A stretch of DNA of 64,000 bases from positions 256,799 to 320,798 of the forward strand of contig JAWLBL010000005.1 in NCBI GenBank assembly GCA_041687695.1. The letters run 5' to 3'. This DNA comes from Myxococcota bacterium. Its GTDB lineage: Bacteria; Myxococcota_A; UBA9042; PHBI01; JAWLBL01. The notes under the pieces were generated by a model. That model saw only the letters and a list, made by a program, of their open reading frames with translations. It did no database searches and was not told where the DNA came from. Every line of letters starts with the position of its first letter. The stretch's first letter is position 1. Shown here piece after piece: positions 1 through 11,809 of this stretch. The position numbers and the translations under genes are program-made.

Positions 1-815
1 CGACGCAGCAGGATCGCGCGCATCAGGCGCAGCGACAGGCCGGTCAGGGCCAGCGCGGGGCGGCGCAGCGGGCCGAGGCGCGGCAGGAGCGCGGCGAGGA
101 GCTGGAAGTTGAAGCGGAGCGCGCCGGGGATGAGGGCCATGGCGGCGCGGACGGTCGGGACGCCGGTGGCGCGGGCGACGAGGGCCACGTCAGGCAACGC
201 GAGACCCACGGCCGGGCGGCGGCCGGCGCCGAGGAACGGCAAGGGGCGGGCGGGTCCCAGCAGCGGCCCTTGGCGGCGGCCGCCGTCCTGGACCCAGCAG
301 CAGGGCGTCTGGAGGCTGCGCAGCATGAGGTCGCAGTTGCCGGGGCCGGCGCCGGACAGGGGCGACAGGCGCACGCCGAGGTCGAGGGTGCGGCATTCGG
401 CGACCAGACCGGCGGCCGCGGCGGCCAGGGCGGTGCTGAGGCCCGGGAACACGCCCACCCCGACCAGCAGCGTGCCGCGCGCGCCCCGGTCCGGCAGGGC
501 GAGGAGCCGCTCGGTCGTGGTCGGGTCGGCGCCCATCTCGAGCAGGGTCAGGCCCTGGGCGAGGCACCAGGCCGCCAGCGCGTCTGGCGGGGCGTTCACC
601 GTGTCGGAGGCGTTGACCACCAGGTCGAAGCCGCGAAGCCGTTGAAACGTCTCGGGGTCCCGCACATCGACCCTCACCCCGCGCGGACCCGTGGCGCCGC
701 GGCCCGCGACGTGCACCTCGGCGCCCTCCAGCCGCGCCAGGACGGCCGCCACGCGGGCCCCGTAGTAGCCGCTCCCGCCGATGACCAGCACCCGCCGAGT
801 CGAGGTCGTGTCCAT
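1..815 (-). CDS. Saccharopine dehydrogenase-like NAD(P)-binding oxidoreductase, 3' end outside window
   Basis: Translated by hand from the ATG at 815 (not in the ORF track because it runs off the edge): MDTTSTRRVLVIGGSGYYG (Rossmann GxxGxxG), FDLVVNAS, GVGVFPGLS. Confidence 0.7.
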   Translation of the reverse strand, partial: MDTTSTRRVLVIGGSGYYGARVAAVLARLEGAEVHVAGRGATGPRGVRVDVRDPETFQRLRGFDLVVNASDTVNAPPDALAAWCLAQGLTLLEMGADPTTTERLLALPDRGARGTLLVGVGVFPGLSTALAAAAAGLVAECRTLDLGVRLSPLSGAGPGNCDLMLRSLQTPCCWVQDGGRRQGPLLGPARPLPFLGAGRRPAVGLALPDVALVARATGVPTVRAAMALIPGALRFNFQLLAALLPRLGPLRRPALALTGLSLRLMRAILLR

Positions 816-1003
816 GGGCCCAAGCTACCCGCTCCGGAGGCGGACCGCCACCGCGCCTTGTACGGCTCGCGGCCGAGGCCTCGCGGGCGACTTGCGAGTC
901 GGGCGGGTCGGGAGTAGACCGGTCGCGGCGTCCGCGCGTCCATAGGCCGCGTTCGCTCGCCCGCCGCGGCTCCGCCGCTGGGCGCCCGTCCCTGGAGACC
1001 CTC

Positions 1004-4000
1004 ATGAACGTCCATCGGATCTCGCGCGCGCTCGCGCTCCTGACCGCCCTCGCCCTCGCCTCGTGCGCCCACCCCTCGCCCGGCGCGGGCGGCCCCGACC
1101 CCGGCCCGGCCGGTGGCGAGCGCTCGACGGAGCCCTCCGGGCCAGGCGCCCCCGCGGGGGCCAAGGAGGTCAAGGTGCCCGCACGGAAGGGATTCTTCTT
1201 CAGCGTCGCCGAGGGCGCCGCCGAGGCGTCGGCCCTCGACCGCGCCCCGGTCGCCGCCGCCAACCCGCTGCCCGACGCCGACACGCAGCGCCTGCTGCAG
1301 CGGCTGCCGGCGGTCGCCGAGCAGGCCACCGACCAGAAGGACTTCGCCCTGCGCGAGCGCAGCCTGCCGGCGCCGAAGACTGGAGACGTCATCGCGACCA
1401 CCTTCCCGCCGCCGCAGCGCCCCGAGGGCCCCCCGGCCGCCGCGCCCGGGCCGCTCGAGGTGCTGCGCGCGCAGCCCGAGGGCGAGGTCCCGCTGGCCCC
1501 GAACCTGAGCGTCACGTTCAACCAGCCGATGGTGGCCGTGACCTCGCACGACGACCTCGCCAAGCAGCCCGTCCCGGTGAAGGTGACGCCGGCGCTCGAG
1601 GGCGCCTGGCGCTGGGTCGGCGCCAAGACGGCCGTCTTCGAGCCCGACACACGCTTCCCGATGGCGACGGTGGTCGACGTCGAGGTCCCCGCCGGCACCC
1701 AGTCGGCCACTGGCGGCACCCTGGCCGCCGCGCACACGTTCCAGTTCGCGACCCCGCCGCCGCGCGTCCTCCGGTCGTCGCCCAACCACGGGCCACAGCG
1801 GCCCGACACGGCCATGCTGGTCGCCTTCGACCAGCGCATCGAGCCCGACGCCGTCCTGCCGACCATCACCGTCGAGGCCGGCGGCAACGCGCGCGCCGTG
1901 CGGCTGCTGACCGAGGCCGAGGTCGAGGCCGACGAGCACCTGGCCCGGCTGGTCGCCGACCTCGAGCCGGGCCGCTGGCTGGCCTTCCGCGCGGTCGAGC
2001 CGCTGCCCACCGACGCCCAGGTCACCGTCAAGGTCGGCCCCGGCACGCCGTCGGCCGAGGGCCCGCGCAAGACCACGGACCCGCAGACCTTCTCGTTTCG
2101 CACCTACGGCCCGATGAAGGTGGTCGAGCACCGTTGCGGCTGGGGCCAGTGCTACCCCGGCCAGCCCTGGCAGATCCGCTTGACCAACCCCATCGAGGCC
2201 AAGGACTTCGACGTCTCGATGGTCACGGTCACCCCCGAGGTGAAGGGGCTGCGCGCCGACGTGTCCGGCCAGTGGCTGAACCTGCGGGGGCGCACCAAGG
2301 GGCGCACGAAGTACGAGGTGCGGCTGGCGCCGGGGCTGCCGGACGTGTTCGGGCAGACGCTGGGCAAGAGCGACCCGCTGACGTTCCAGGTCGACGCGGC
2401 GCGGCCCACCCTGTCCGTGCCCGGCGACACGCTGCTGGTGCTGGACCCGCAGGCCAAGGCGCGCCTGTCCATCTTCAGCATCAACCATCGGGACGTGCGG
2501 GTGCGCGCCTGGAAGGTCGAGCCGTCGCACTATGGGGCGTGGCTCGAGTTCCTGCAGAAGCGCTGGCGTGACGAGGGCCCCAAGGAGCCGCCGGGCCGCC
2601 GGGTGATGGACGAGGTGGTGAAGCTGTCGGAGGCGCAGGACGAGCTCATCGAGTCGCGGCTGGATCTGTCCAAGGCGCTCGACGGCGGCTCGGGGCAGGT
2701 CATCGTCAGCGTCGAGCCCACGCTGAGCCTGAAGAACCTGTGGGAGAAGCGGCGCGCGACGCACTACCGCTGGGTGCAGGCGACCCGGATGGGCATCGAC
2801 GCGGTGGTCGACGGCGACGAGGCGCTGGTGTGGGTCAACGCGCTCGGGGACGGGACGCCGCTGGCGGACGTCGAGGTGGGCATCGAGCCGGGCGGGCCCA
2901 AGGGCAAGACCGGGGCGGACGGGCTGGCGCGGCTGCCGCTGCCCAAGGGGTCGCCCGGGCGTCAGGTGCTGGTCGCGCGGCGCGCGGCGGACGTGGCGTT
3001 CCAGCCCGAGAGCCAGCACCTGTGGGACTCGGGCGGGAGCTGGGTGCGCCAGCAGCCGCGGGACTCGCTGCGCTGGTACACCTTCGACGACCGCACGATG
3101 TACCGCCCCAAGGAGGAGGTGCACCTGAAGGGCTGGCTGCGGCGCGTGCAGGGCGGCGAGCGCGGCGACACGGTGGCCGTGGGGGACGCGGCGCGCACGG
3201 TCGACTGGCGGGTGAGCGACGCCCGGGGCAACGAGGTCCGCAAGGGCACGGCCAAGGTCAACGCCCTGGGCGGCTTCGACGTGAAGTTCGATCTCCCCGA
3301 CACGGTGAACCTGGGCTACGCGACGGTCCACATGACCGCGTCCGGCGAGGGCGAGGTCACCGGCGACCGCTTCTCGCACGGCTTCCAGGTCCAGGAGTTC
3401 CGGCGCCCCGAGTTCGAGGTCGGCGCGAGCGCCAGCGACGGGCCGCACTTCGTCGGCGGCCAGGGCACGGCGAGCGTCAGCGCGACCTACTACGCCGGCG
3501 GCGGGCTGCCGGGCGCCGAGGTCACCTGGCAGGTGCGCTCGCAGCCGGGCCACTTCAGCCCGCCCAACCACGGCGAGTTCACCTTCGGGCGCTGGACGGC
3601 CTGGTGGTGGCACGGGGGCGACGAGGACGGCGGCGAGTTCGGCCACCGCTCGTTCACGGGCCGCACCGACGGCGCCGGCAAGCACACGGTGCGCGTGGAC
3701 TTCGAGGGCGTCAGCCCGCCGCGCGCCGTGTCGGTGACCGCCGAGGCCAGCGTGATGGACGTCAACCGGCAGGCCTGGAACGCGTCGACCAGCATGCTGG
3801 TCCACCCGGCCAGCCACTACGTCGGGCTCAAGGCCGTGCGCAGCTTCGTCCAGGAAGGCGAGCCGCTCGAGGTCGACGCGGTCGTGGCGGACCTCGACGG
3901 ACAGCGCCAGGAGGGGCGGCCCATCGCGATGACGGCCGCTCGCCTCGAGTGGGTGCAGGAAAAGGGCGAGTGGAAGCAGAAGGCCGTCGAGACGCGTGAC

Positions 4001-7000
4001 TGCGCGGTGACGTCGGGCAAGGACCCGGTGCGCTGCGCCTTCAAGATGGCGCAGGGTGGCATGGTGCGGGTCACCGCGACCATCAGCGACGCCGAGGGCC
4101 GGCCCAACCAGTCGCAGATGACGATGTGGATCGCCGGCGGCAAGCAGCCGGTGTCGCGCGAGCTGACCGAGGAGGAGGTGCGCCTCATCCCCAGCCAGGA
4201 CCGCTTCGCCGTGGGTGAGACGGCCGAGCTGCTGGTGCAGGCGCCCTTCACGCCGGCCGAGGGCCTGATGACCATCCGACGCGGCGGCGTGGTGCGCTCC
4301 GAGCGCTTCACCATGAAGGGCGCGACGCACACGCTGAAGGTCCCCATCGAGGCCTGGCAGGTGCCGAACGTGCACGTCAAGGTCGACCTGGTCGGCGAGG
4401 CGCCGCGCACGAACGACCAGGGCAAGCCGGACCCCAAGCTGCCCAGCCGCCCGGCCTTCGCCACCGGCAGCCTGTCCCTGCCCGTGCCGCCGCTGTCGCG
4501 CGCGCTGACGGTCGAGGCGACGCCGCTCGCCCGCGAGCTGGAGCCCGGCGGGACGACCGAGCTGGATCTGGTGGTCAAGGACGCCGCCGGGCAGCCGGTG
4601 GCCGGCGCCGAGGTGGCGGTCGTGGTGGTCGACGAGGCCGTGCTGGCCTTGAGCGGCAAGAAGCTGATGGACGCCCTGAGCTACTTCCACCCGCACCGCG
4701 GGCCGGGCGCGCGCGACTACCGGCTGCGCCACCTGGTGCTGCTGTCCAACCCCGACGACGTCCTGGCCGAGGTCACCGAGCCCGAACAGCAGCCGATGAA
4801 GATGGAGGAGGCCGGCGCCATGCCGCCACCGGCGTCGCCCGCGCCCGCGGCCCGCACCCTGATGAAGAAGGCCTCCGCCGCCAACGGTGACGCCGACGGC
4901 GGCGGCGCCTCCCCCATCGCGGTGCGCTCCGACTTCGACCCGCTGGCCGTCTTCTCGCCCGAGGTGCCGACCGGCGCCGACGGCCGGGCCCGCGTGACCG
5001 TCAAGGTGCGCGACAACCTGACCCGCTACCGGGTGATGGCGGTGGCGGTCGCCGGCGGCCAGCAGTTCGGCCAGACCGAGTCCGCCATCACGGCGCGCCT
5101 GCCGCTGATGGTGCGGCCGTCGGCGCCGCGCTTCCTCAACTTCGGCGACCGCTTCGAGTTGCCGGTCGTCGTGCAGAACCAGACCGACGCGCCGATGCAG
5201 GTCGACGTGGCCGTCAAGGCGACCAACGCCGAGCTGACCGAGGGCGCGGGCCGGCGGGTCACGGTGCCCGCCAAGGACCGGGTCGAGGTGCGCTTCCCGG
5301 TGGCCGCCTTCAAGGCCGGGACGGCCCGCTTCCAGATGGGCGCCGCCTCGGGCCGCTGGGCGGACGCGGCCGAGGTGTCGCTGCCCGTGTGGACCCCGGC
5401 GACCACCGAGGCCTTCGCCACCTACGGCGACGTGGCGGGCGCCAAGGCCGCCGTCGTCCAGCCGGTGCAGGCCCCCGGCGACGTGTGGACCCAGTTCGGC
5501 GGGCTCGAGGTGACGACCTCGTCGACCCAGCTCCAGGCGCTGACCGACGCCTTCCTGTACCTGGTCGCCTACCCCTACGAGTGCTCCGAGCAGCTGGCCT
5601 CGCGCGTCCTGGGTGTCGCCGCCCTGCGCGACGTGCTCGGCGCCTTCAAGGCCGAGGGGCTGCCCGCGCCGGCCGAGATCGTCGCCGCGGTCGGCCGCGA
5701 CCTCGAGCGGCTGCGCGGCCTGCAGAACTCGGACGGCGGCTTCGGCTTCTGGCGGCGCGGCGACGAGTCGTGGCCGTACGTCAGCATCCACGTGGCCCAC
5801 GCGCTGGCCCGCGCCAAGGCCAAGGGCTTCGACGTCCCCGCCCGGATGATCCAGGCCTCGCTCGGGTACCTGCGCACCATCGAGCGCCGCTACCCCAGCT
5901 ACTACTCGCCCGAGGTGCGCCGCGTCCTGACGGCCTACGCCCTGTACACGCGCGGTCTGCTGGGCGATCCCGACCGCGCCCGCGCCCGCAAACTCATCGC
6001 CGAGGCCGGCGGCGCCGACCAGCTGCCGCTCGAGGCCAACGGCTGGCTGCTCACGACCCTGGCCGGCGACAAGGACTCCGCCCGCGAGCTCGAGGCCCTG
6101 CACCGCCACCTGAACAACCGCGTCACCGAGACCGCGGGCGCCGCCCACTTCGCGACCCGGTACTCCGACGGCGCCCACCTGCTGCTCCACTCGGACCGCC
6201 GCGCCGACGCCCTCGTCCTCGAGGCCCTGCTGCACGACCGCCCGCAGAGCGATCTCGTCCCCAAGATCGTGCGCGGCCTCCTCGGCCACAAGACCAAGGG
6301 CCGCTGGGGCAACACGCAAGAGAACGTCTTCGTCCTGCTGGCCCTCGATCGCTACTTCCACGAGTACGAGAAGGTCACCCCGAACTTCGTCGCGCGCGTC
6401 TGGCTGGGCGACCGCTTCGCGGGCGAGCACGCCTTCAAGGGCCGCACCACCGAGCAACACGAGGTCGCGGTCCCGATGGCCTACGTCGCCGAGCGCCCCG
6501 GCCAGCAGCCGCTGACCATCGGCAAGCAGGGCGCCGGCCGCCTGTACTACCGCGTCGGCATGCGCTACGCGCCCAAGAGCCTGAAGCTCGACCCCTCCGA
6601 CCACGGCTTCACGGTCGAGCGCGCCTACGAGGCCATCGACAGCCCGTCCGACGTCCGCCGCGACGCCGACGGCACCTGGCGCATCAAGGCGGGCGCCAAG
6701 GTCCGCGTCCGCCTGACCATGGTCGCGCCGACCCGCCGCTACCACGTCGCGCTGGTCGACCCGCTGCCGGCCGGCCTCGAGCCCCTCAACCCCGCCCTCG
6801 CCGTCACCGGCAGCCTGCCGCCCGACGCGGGCCCGGTCTCCGGCGGCTCGGGCGCCAGCGCGCCCTCCTACTGGCGCTGGTGGGGCCCCTGGTACCAGCA
6901 CCAGAACCTGCGCGACGAGCGCGCCGAGGCCTTCAGCACCCTGGTCTGGGCGGGCGTGCACACCTACAGCTACGTCGCGCGGGCCACGACCCCCGGCGAG

Positions 7001-7087
7001 TTCGTCGTGCCGCCGGCCAAAGCCGAGGAGATGTACGCCCCCGAGACCTTCGGCCGCAGCGCCTCGGACAAGGTGGTCGTGCAGTGA
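1004..7087 (+). CDS. Alpha-2-macroglobulin family lipoprotein with N-terminal Ig-like domains
   Basis: Lipobox LALASC; DRTMYRPKEEV (MG2), QEFRRPEFEV, DNLTRYRVMAVA, thioester YPYECSEQ, QNSDGGFGFW, WGNTQEN, DPLPAGLE, AEEMYAPE. Confidence 0.95.
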   Translation: MNVHRISRALALLTALALASCAHPSPGAGGPDPGPAGGERSTEPSGPGAPAGAKEVKVPARKGFFFSVAEGAAEASALDRAPVAAANPLPDADTQRLLQRLPAVAEQATDQKDFALRERSLPAPKTGDVIATTFPPPQRPEGPPAAAPGPLEVLRAQPEGEVPLAPNLSVTFNQPMVAVTSHDDLAKQPVPVKVTPALEGAWRWVGAKTAVFEPDTRFPMATVVDVEVPAGTQSATGGTLAAAHTFQFATPPPRVLRSSPNHGPQRPDTAMLVAFDQRIEPDAVLPTITVEAGGNARAVRLLTEAEVEADEHLARLVADLEPGRWLAFRAVEPLPTDAQVTVKVGPGTPSAEGPRKTTDPQTFSFRTYGPMKVVEHRCGWGQCYPGQPWQIRLTNPIEAKDFDVSMVTVTPEVKGLRADVSGQWLNLRGRTKGRTKYEVRLAPGLPDVFGQTLGKSDPLTFQVDAARPTLSVPGDTLLVLDPQAKARLSIFSINHRDVRVRAWKVEPSHYGAWLEFLQKRWRDEGPKEPPGRRVMDEVVKLSEAQDELIESRLDLSKALDGGSGQVIVSVEPTLSLKNLWEKRRATHYRWVQATRMGIDAVVDGDEALVWVNALGDGTPLADVEVGIEPGGPKGKTGADGLARLPLPKGSPGRQVLVARRAADVAFQPESQHLWDSGGSWVRQQPRDSLRWYTFDDRTMYRPKEEVHLKGWLRRVQGGERGDTVAVGDAARTVDWRVSDARGNEVRKGTAKVNALGGFDVKFDLPDTVNLGYATVHMTASGEGEVTGDRFSHGFQVQEFRRPEFEVGASASDGPHFVGGQGTASVSATYYAGGGLPGAEVTWQVRSQPGHFSPPNHGEFTFGRWTAWWWHGGDEDGGEFGHRSFTGRTDGAGKHTVRVDFEGVSPPRAVSVTAEASVMDVNRQAWNASTSMLVHPASHYVGLKAVRSFVQEGEPLEVDAVVADLDGQRQEGRPIAMTAARLEWVQEKGEWKQKAVETRDCAVTSGKDPVRCAFKMAQGGMVRVTATISDAEGRPNQSQMTMWIAGGKQPVSRELTEEEVRLIPSQDRFAVGETAELLVQAPFTPAEGLMTIRRGGVVRSERFTMKGATHTLKVPIEAWQVPNVHVKVDLVGEAPRTNDQGKPDPKLPSRPAFATGSLSLPVPPLSRALTVEATPLARELEPGGTTELDLVVKDAAGQPVAGAEVAVVVVDEAVLALSGKKLMDALSYFHPHRGPGARDYRLRHLVLLSNPDDVLAEVTEPEQQPMKMEEAGAMPPPASPAPAARTLMKKASAANGDADGGGASPIAVRSDFDPLAVFSPEVPTGADGRARVTVKVRDNLTRYRVMAVAVAGGQQFGQTESAITARLPLMVRPSAPRFLNFGDRFELPVVVQNQTDAPMQVDVAVKATNAELTEGAGRRVTVPAKDRVEVRFPVAAFKAGTARFQMGAASGRWADAAEVSLPVWTPATTEAFATYGDVAGAKAAVVQPVQAPGDVWTQFGGLEVTTSSTQLQALTDAFLYLVAYPYECSEQLASRVLGVAALRDVLGAFKAEGLPAPAEIVAAVGRDLERLRGLQNSDGGFGFWRRGDESWPYVSIHVAHALARAKAKGFDVPARMIQASLGYLRTIERRYPSYYSPEVRRVLTAYALYTRGLLGDPDRARARKLIAEAGGADQLPLEANGWLLTTLAGDKDSARELEALHRHLNNRVTETAGAAHFATRYSDGAHLLLHSDRRADALVLEALLHDRPQSDLVPKIVRGLLGHKTKGRWGNTQENVFVLLALDRYFHEYEKVTPNFVARVWLGDRFAGEHAFKGRTTEQHEVAVPMAYVAERPGQQPLTIGKQGAGRLYYRVGMRYAPKSLKLDPSDHGFTVERAYEAIDSPSDVRRDADGTWRIKAGAKVRVRLTMVAPTRRYHVALVDPLPAGLEPLNPALAVTGSLPPDAGPVSGGSGASAPSYWRWWGPWYQHQNLRDERAEAFSTLVWAGVHTYSYVARATTPGEFVVPPAKAEEMYAPETFGRSASDKVVVQ

Positions 7088-7809
7088 GCCGGGTCGCCTT
7101 CGTCTCGGGGGCGACCGGCTACACGGGCCGCGAGGTGGTCCGGCTCGCCGCCGAGGCCGGCCTGACCACCGTGGCCCACGTGCGCCCCGACTCGCGCGAG
7201 CTCGACGGCTGGCGCGAGCGCTTCGGGGCGCTGGGCGCGACGGTCGACGCGACCCCCTGGGACGAGGACGCCATGGCCGACACGCTGGCGCGCCTGAAGC
7301 CGGACGTCGTGTTCGCGCTGCTGGGCACGACCCGCGCGCGGGCCAGGGCGACCGCGCGCGCCGGCGGCGATCCCGACGCCGAGACCTACGAGGCGGTCGA
7401 CTACGGCCTGACGGCGCTGCTGCTGCGCGCCATCGGGCGGGCGGGCGTCCAGCCCCGCTTCGTCTACCTGTCGTCGCTGGGGGCCTCTGCCACCAGCGCC
7501 AACGCCTACCTGCGCGCGCGCGGCCGCCTCGAGGCCGAGCTGACCGCCAGCGGCCTGCCCTTCACCGTCGCGCGGCCCTCGTTCATCACCGGCCCCGACC
7601 GCGACGAGCCCCGGCCACTGGAGCGGGTCGGCGCCGCCGTCGCCGACGGGGCGCTGTCGCTGGTCCGGGCGCTGGGCGCGCGCCGGGTCGCCGACCGCTA
7701 CGCCTCGACCGACGCCGCCACCCTGGCCGAGGCGTTGGTGGCCGCCGCGCTGGCCCCCGACGCCGCCGGCCGGGTGCTCGAGGGCGCCGAGCTGCGCCGC
7801 AGGATCTGA
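7084..7809 (+). CDS. NAD(P)H-binding atypical SDR (YraR/TIP30-like)
   Basis: GTG at 7084 overlaps the A2M stop (GTGA); FVSGATGYTG, YEAVDY, FVYLSSLGA, YLRARGRLE, ARPSFITG. Confidence 0.85.
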   Translation: MSRVAFVSGATGYTGREVVRLAAEAGLTTVAHVRPDSRELDGWRERFGALGATVDATPWDEDAMADTLARLKPDVVFALLGTTRARARATARAGGDPDAETYEAVDYGLTALLLRAIGRAGVQPRFVYLSSLGASATSANAYLRARGRLEAELTASGLPFTVARPSFITGPDRDEPRPLERVGAAVADGALSLVRALGARRVADRYASTDAATLAEALVAAALAPDAAGRVLEGAELRRRI

Positions 7810-7946
7810 GCGCACCGAACCCGTGCGGTTGGGCCCACGAGGCGCCCGCGTGCTTGACCGCGGGCGCCGCACGACCCACAACCCGTCACTTCGACTGTCC
7901 AACCCGTCCCCGTCGCCGTGGCTCACGCCATGGAAGGAGCGGTTCG

Positions 7947-8783
7947 ATGCGAAGTGCCCTGCCCTGCCTCCGCGCGCTCGCGATCGCGCTGACCGCGCTG
8001 TCGTCCGCGCTGCCCGCCCCCGGCGTCGCGCGCGCCGACGTGCCGGCCGCCACGCCGCCGCCGCCCGAGGCCATCGGCCAGCGGCCCCACCACGTCGTCG
8101 CCGACCCAGGCGCCGTCGACTTCGCCCTGCGGTGCGTGTGCCAGAGCTTCCCGCCCGGCCGCGCCCGCGAGCGCTGCGTCGACGAGCGCCGCGCCGATGT
8201 GCCCGAGATCGTTTCCGATCTGCTCTGGCTGGCCCAGCTGCACGACATGCCCGACTGGTTCTGGCCCTGGCTCGTCGCGCAGGGCTGCCGAGAGAGCCGC
8301 CTGCTCAACGATCCGCCCGGCCACAACGACAACGGCACCAGCGGCGGCATGTTCCAGCTCAAGAAGGTCCTCTGGGGCCGCTGGTATCACGAGCGGTTTG
8401 GCACCGCGCTGGACGTCTATGATCACGTGCAGGCGGCCGACTTCGTCCTGCGCCGCATCAAGAGCGGCGTCCGTGTCAGCGTGCCCGCCGCCTGCGGCGT
8501 GCAGAACGTCAAGAAGCGCTTTGCCCTGGCGGCCTATCGCTTCGGGCGCGGCCCCCTGGTCGACGGCAGCCCGCGCCGTCCGGTCGAGCGGTGCCGCCCG
8601 GCGCCCGACGGCGGCCAGCAGTGCACGATCGTCAAACCCATCCAGCGCTGCAGCGGCGAGCCCGTCGCCGTCCGCTGGGCGGCCTCGTGGTTCCGGCAGT
8701 GCCCCGAGTGCTGGCGCCTGATGGACGCGCGAGAGGCCGCCTACAGCGGCCCCCGGCGCGGATACCCAGCGCTCGACAGGTGA
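7947..8783 (+). CDS. Secreted divergent lytic transglycosylase (SLT/lysozyme-like)
   Basis: AAGGAG RBS; signal peptide ending ARA; motifs AQGCRES (catalytic E-S), GGMFQL (GLMQ-like), ALAAYRFG (AAYNAG-like). Confidence 0.65.
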   Translation: MRSALPCLRALAIALTALSSALPAPGVARADVPAATPPPPEAIGQRPHHVVADPGAVDFALRCVCQSFPPGRARERCVDERRADVPEIVSDLLWLAQLHDMPDWFWPWLVAQGCRESRLLNDPPGHNDNGTSGGMFQLKKVLWGRWYHERFGTALDVYDHVQAADFVLRRIKSGVRVSVPAACGVQNVKKRFALAAYRFGRGPLVDGSPRRPVERCRPAPDGGQQCTIVKPIQRCSGEPVAVRWAASWFRQCPECWRLMDAREAAYSGPRRGYPALDR

Positions 8784-8837
8784 CCTCGAGGCCCGTCCCG
8801 TGTTGAATGCGCCTCGCATCGTCTCCACGGAGGACTC

Positions 8838-10299
<1,462 letters not shown>

Positions 10300-10310
<11 letters not shown>

Positions 10311-11196
10311 GGGCCAGGGCGGCCGGGGGCCTCGCCAGGGCCCCGGCCAGCGCCTCGGCCACGGCCTGCTCGATGGCGGCCTCGGCCTCGCCGCGCCAGT
10401 CGTCGGCGCCCACCACGAACAGGGCGCAGTCGGGGTCGTGCCCGACCGGCGCGCGCACCAGGGTCGCCGCCTCGGCGGGGGTCAGCATGAAGTCGAGCAG
10501 CGCGCCGACCCCGAAGCCGGCCAGGATCAGGGCCTTGACCGAGGCCAGGCTGCTGGCGACGGCGAAGCTGGTCGCGTCGGGGCCGATCATCCCCTGCTGG
10601 CCGGGCAGCAGCTCGATCTCGACGATGGGGAAGCGCTGCACGGCCTCTTCGGTGGTGGCCTCCGCCAGCGCGGCGAAGCGGTCGGCGCGCCCATAGAAGG
10701 CCAGGCCGTAGCGCCCCGCGCGCGTGGCCCGCAGGTCCGCCGGCGGCCCCGAGGAGGCGATGATGGCCAGATCCAGCTCGCCCGCGCCCAGGCGCCGGCG
10801 CAGCTCGGCCGTGCGCGCCGTCTGGATCTTCAGCTGGAGGTCGGGGAAGCGCTCGGCCAGCGGCGCGACGATGCGCGGCAGCAGCCACGTCGCCACGCTG
10901 TCGACCGTGCCCAGGCGCAGGTCGAAGTAGCGCCGGCTGGCCGTCCGCGCCACCTCGCGCGCGACGTTCGCCGCGTCGGCCAGCAGCCGCCGCGCCCGCG
11001 GCACCAATGCGCGCCCGGCGGCGGTCAGCACCAGCCCGCGCCCCTGCCGATCGAACAGCGGCGTGCCGAGGTCCTCCTCGAGCAGCTTGAGGTTGCGGCT
11101 GACCGCCGGCTGCGTCAGGTGCACCTGCCGCGCCGCGGCGCTGACCGTGCCGGTGTCGACGATCGCCAGGAACAGCGAGAGGCGGTCCAGTTGCAT
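10300..11196 (-). CDS. LysR-family transcriptional regulator
   Basis: N-terminal HTH TVSAAARQVHLTQPAVSRNLKLLEEDLGTPLFDR; 298 aa; convergent overlap with the aminopeptidase. Confidence 0.95.
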
Positions 11197-11209
11197 CAGC
11201 CGAAGTTAT
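11195..11209. promoter_or_regulatory. Probable LysR T-N11-A box overlapping the LysR start
   Basis: ATCAGCCGAAGTTAT: T11196-N11-A11208 with partial dyad, inside an AT-richer patch, the usual autoregulatory position. Confidence 0.45.
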
Positions 11210-11414
11210 CATTTCAAGGCCGATCACATCAACGGCGCGAATCGAACCCAGATCCGATCGGTCCGCGGTGGCGGTAGTCCCGTGGGTGGTGAAGCCGGGA
11301 CCGGGCCGCCAAGCACACAGTCCGAGCACCGCCTTGGCCAACAGGCACCTCGGGGCCGCGCCAGAACGGACGATGCCCCAAGGGTCTCACCTACATCTTC
11401 GGGTGCATCAGCCG

Positions 11415-11578
11415 CACGGCCACGGCCACGGCCAGGGCCTCGGCGACGGCCACGGCCACGGTCCACGGCCACGGTCCACGGTCCACGGTCCACGGCCACG
11501 GTCCACGGCCACGGCCCAGGCCACGGTCTACGGCCACGGTCCACGGCCACGGCCACGCTCTACGGCGACGGACACGGC
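11415..11578. repeat. Low-complexity tandem array of CCACGG / TCCACGG 6-7-mers
   Basis: About 160 bp of cacggc/cacggtc units, read directly from the sequence. Confidence 0.9.
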
Positions 11579-11809
11579 CTCGTGTAGCCGGCCCGACGAG
11601 CGAACTCGTGCCACCGAGCCGTTGGACCATGAGCAAGCCCGACCGCCAGCATCCACGCTCCGAGCCCCGTGGTCGCCGCCCGCGTTCACCCCAATCGTCC
11701 CGGCGGCGGCCGGCTGTCATCACGCGTTAGTCCGGCGGCTTGCAGCGGTCGCGCCGGATCGCCAAGCTCGGCGGCTGCGACGATGAAGTTGGGTCGCCAC
11801 GGAGGTCGC

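Noticed and set aside
109..917. Plus-strand ORFs 109-645 and 270-917
   Set aside because: Shadows of the minus-strand Rossmann-fold gene starting at 815.
674..6961. 2095-aa minus-strand ORF
   Set aside because: Antisense shadow of the A2M gene; high GC3 removes stops and it has no motifs.
11268..11786. His-rich ORF through the CCACGG array
   Set aside because: Its composition simply reflects the repeat; mixed 6/7-mers shift the reading pattern and codon bias is poor.
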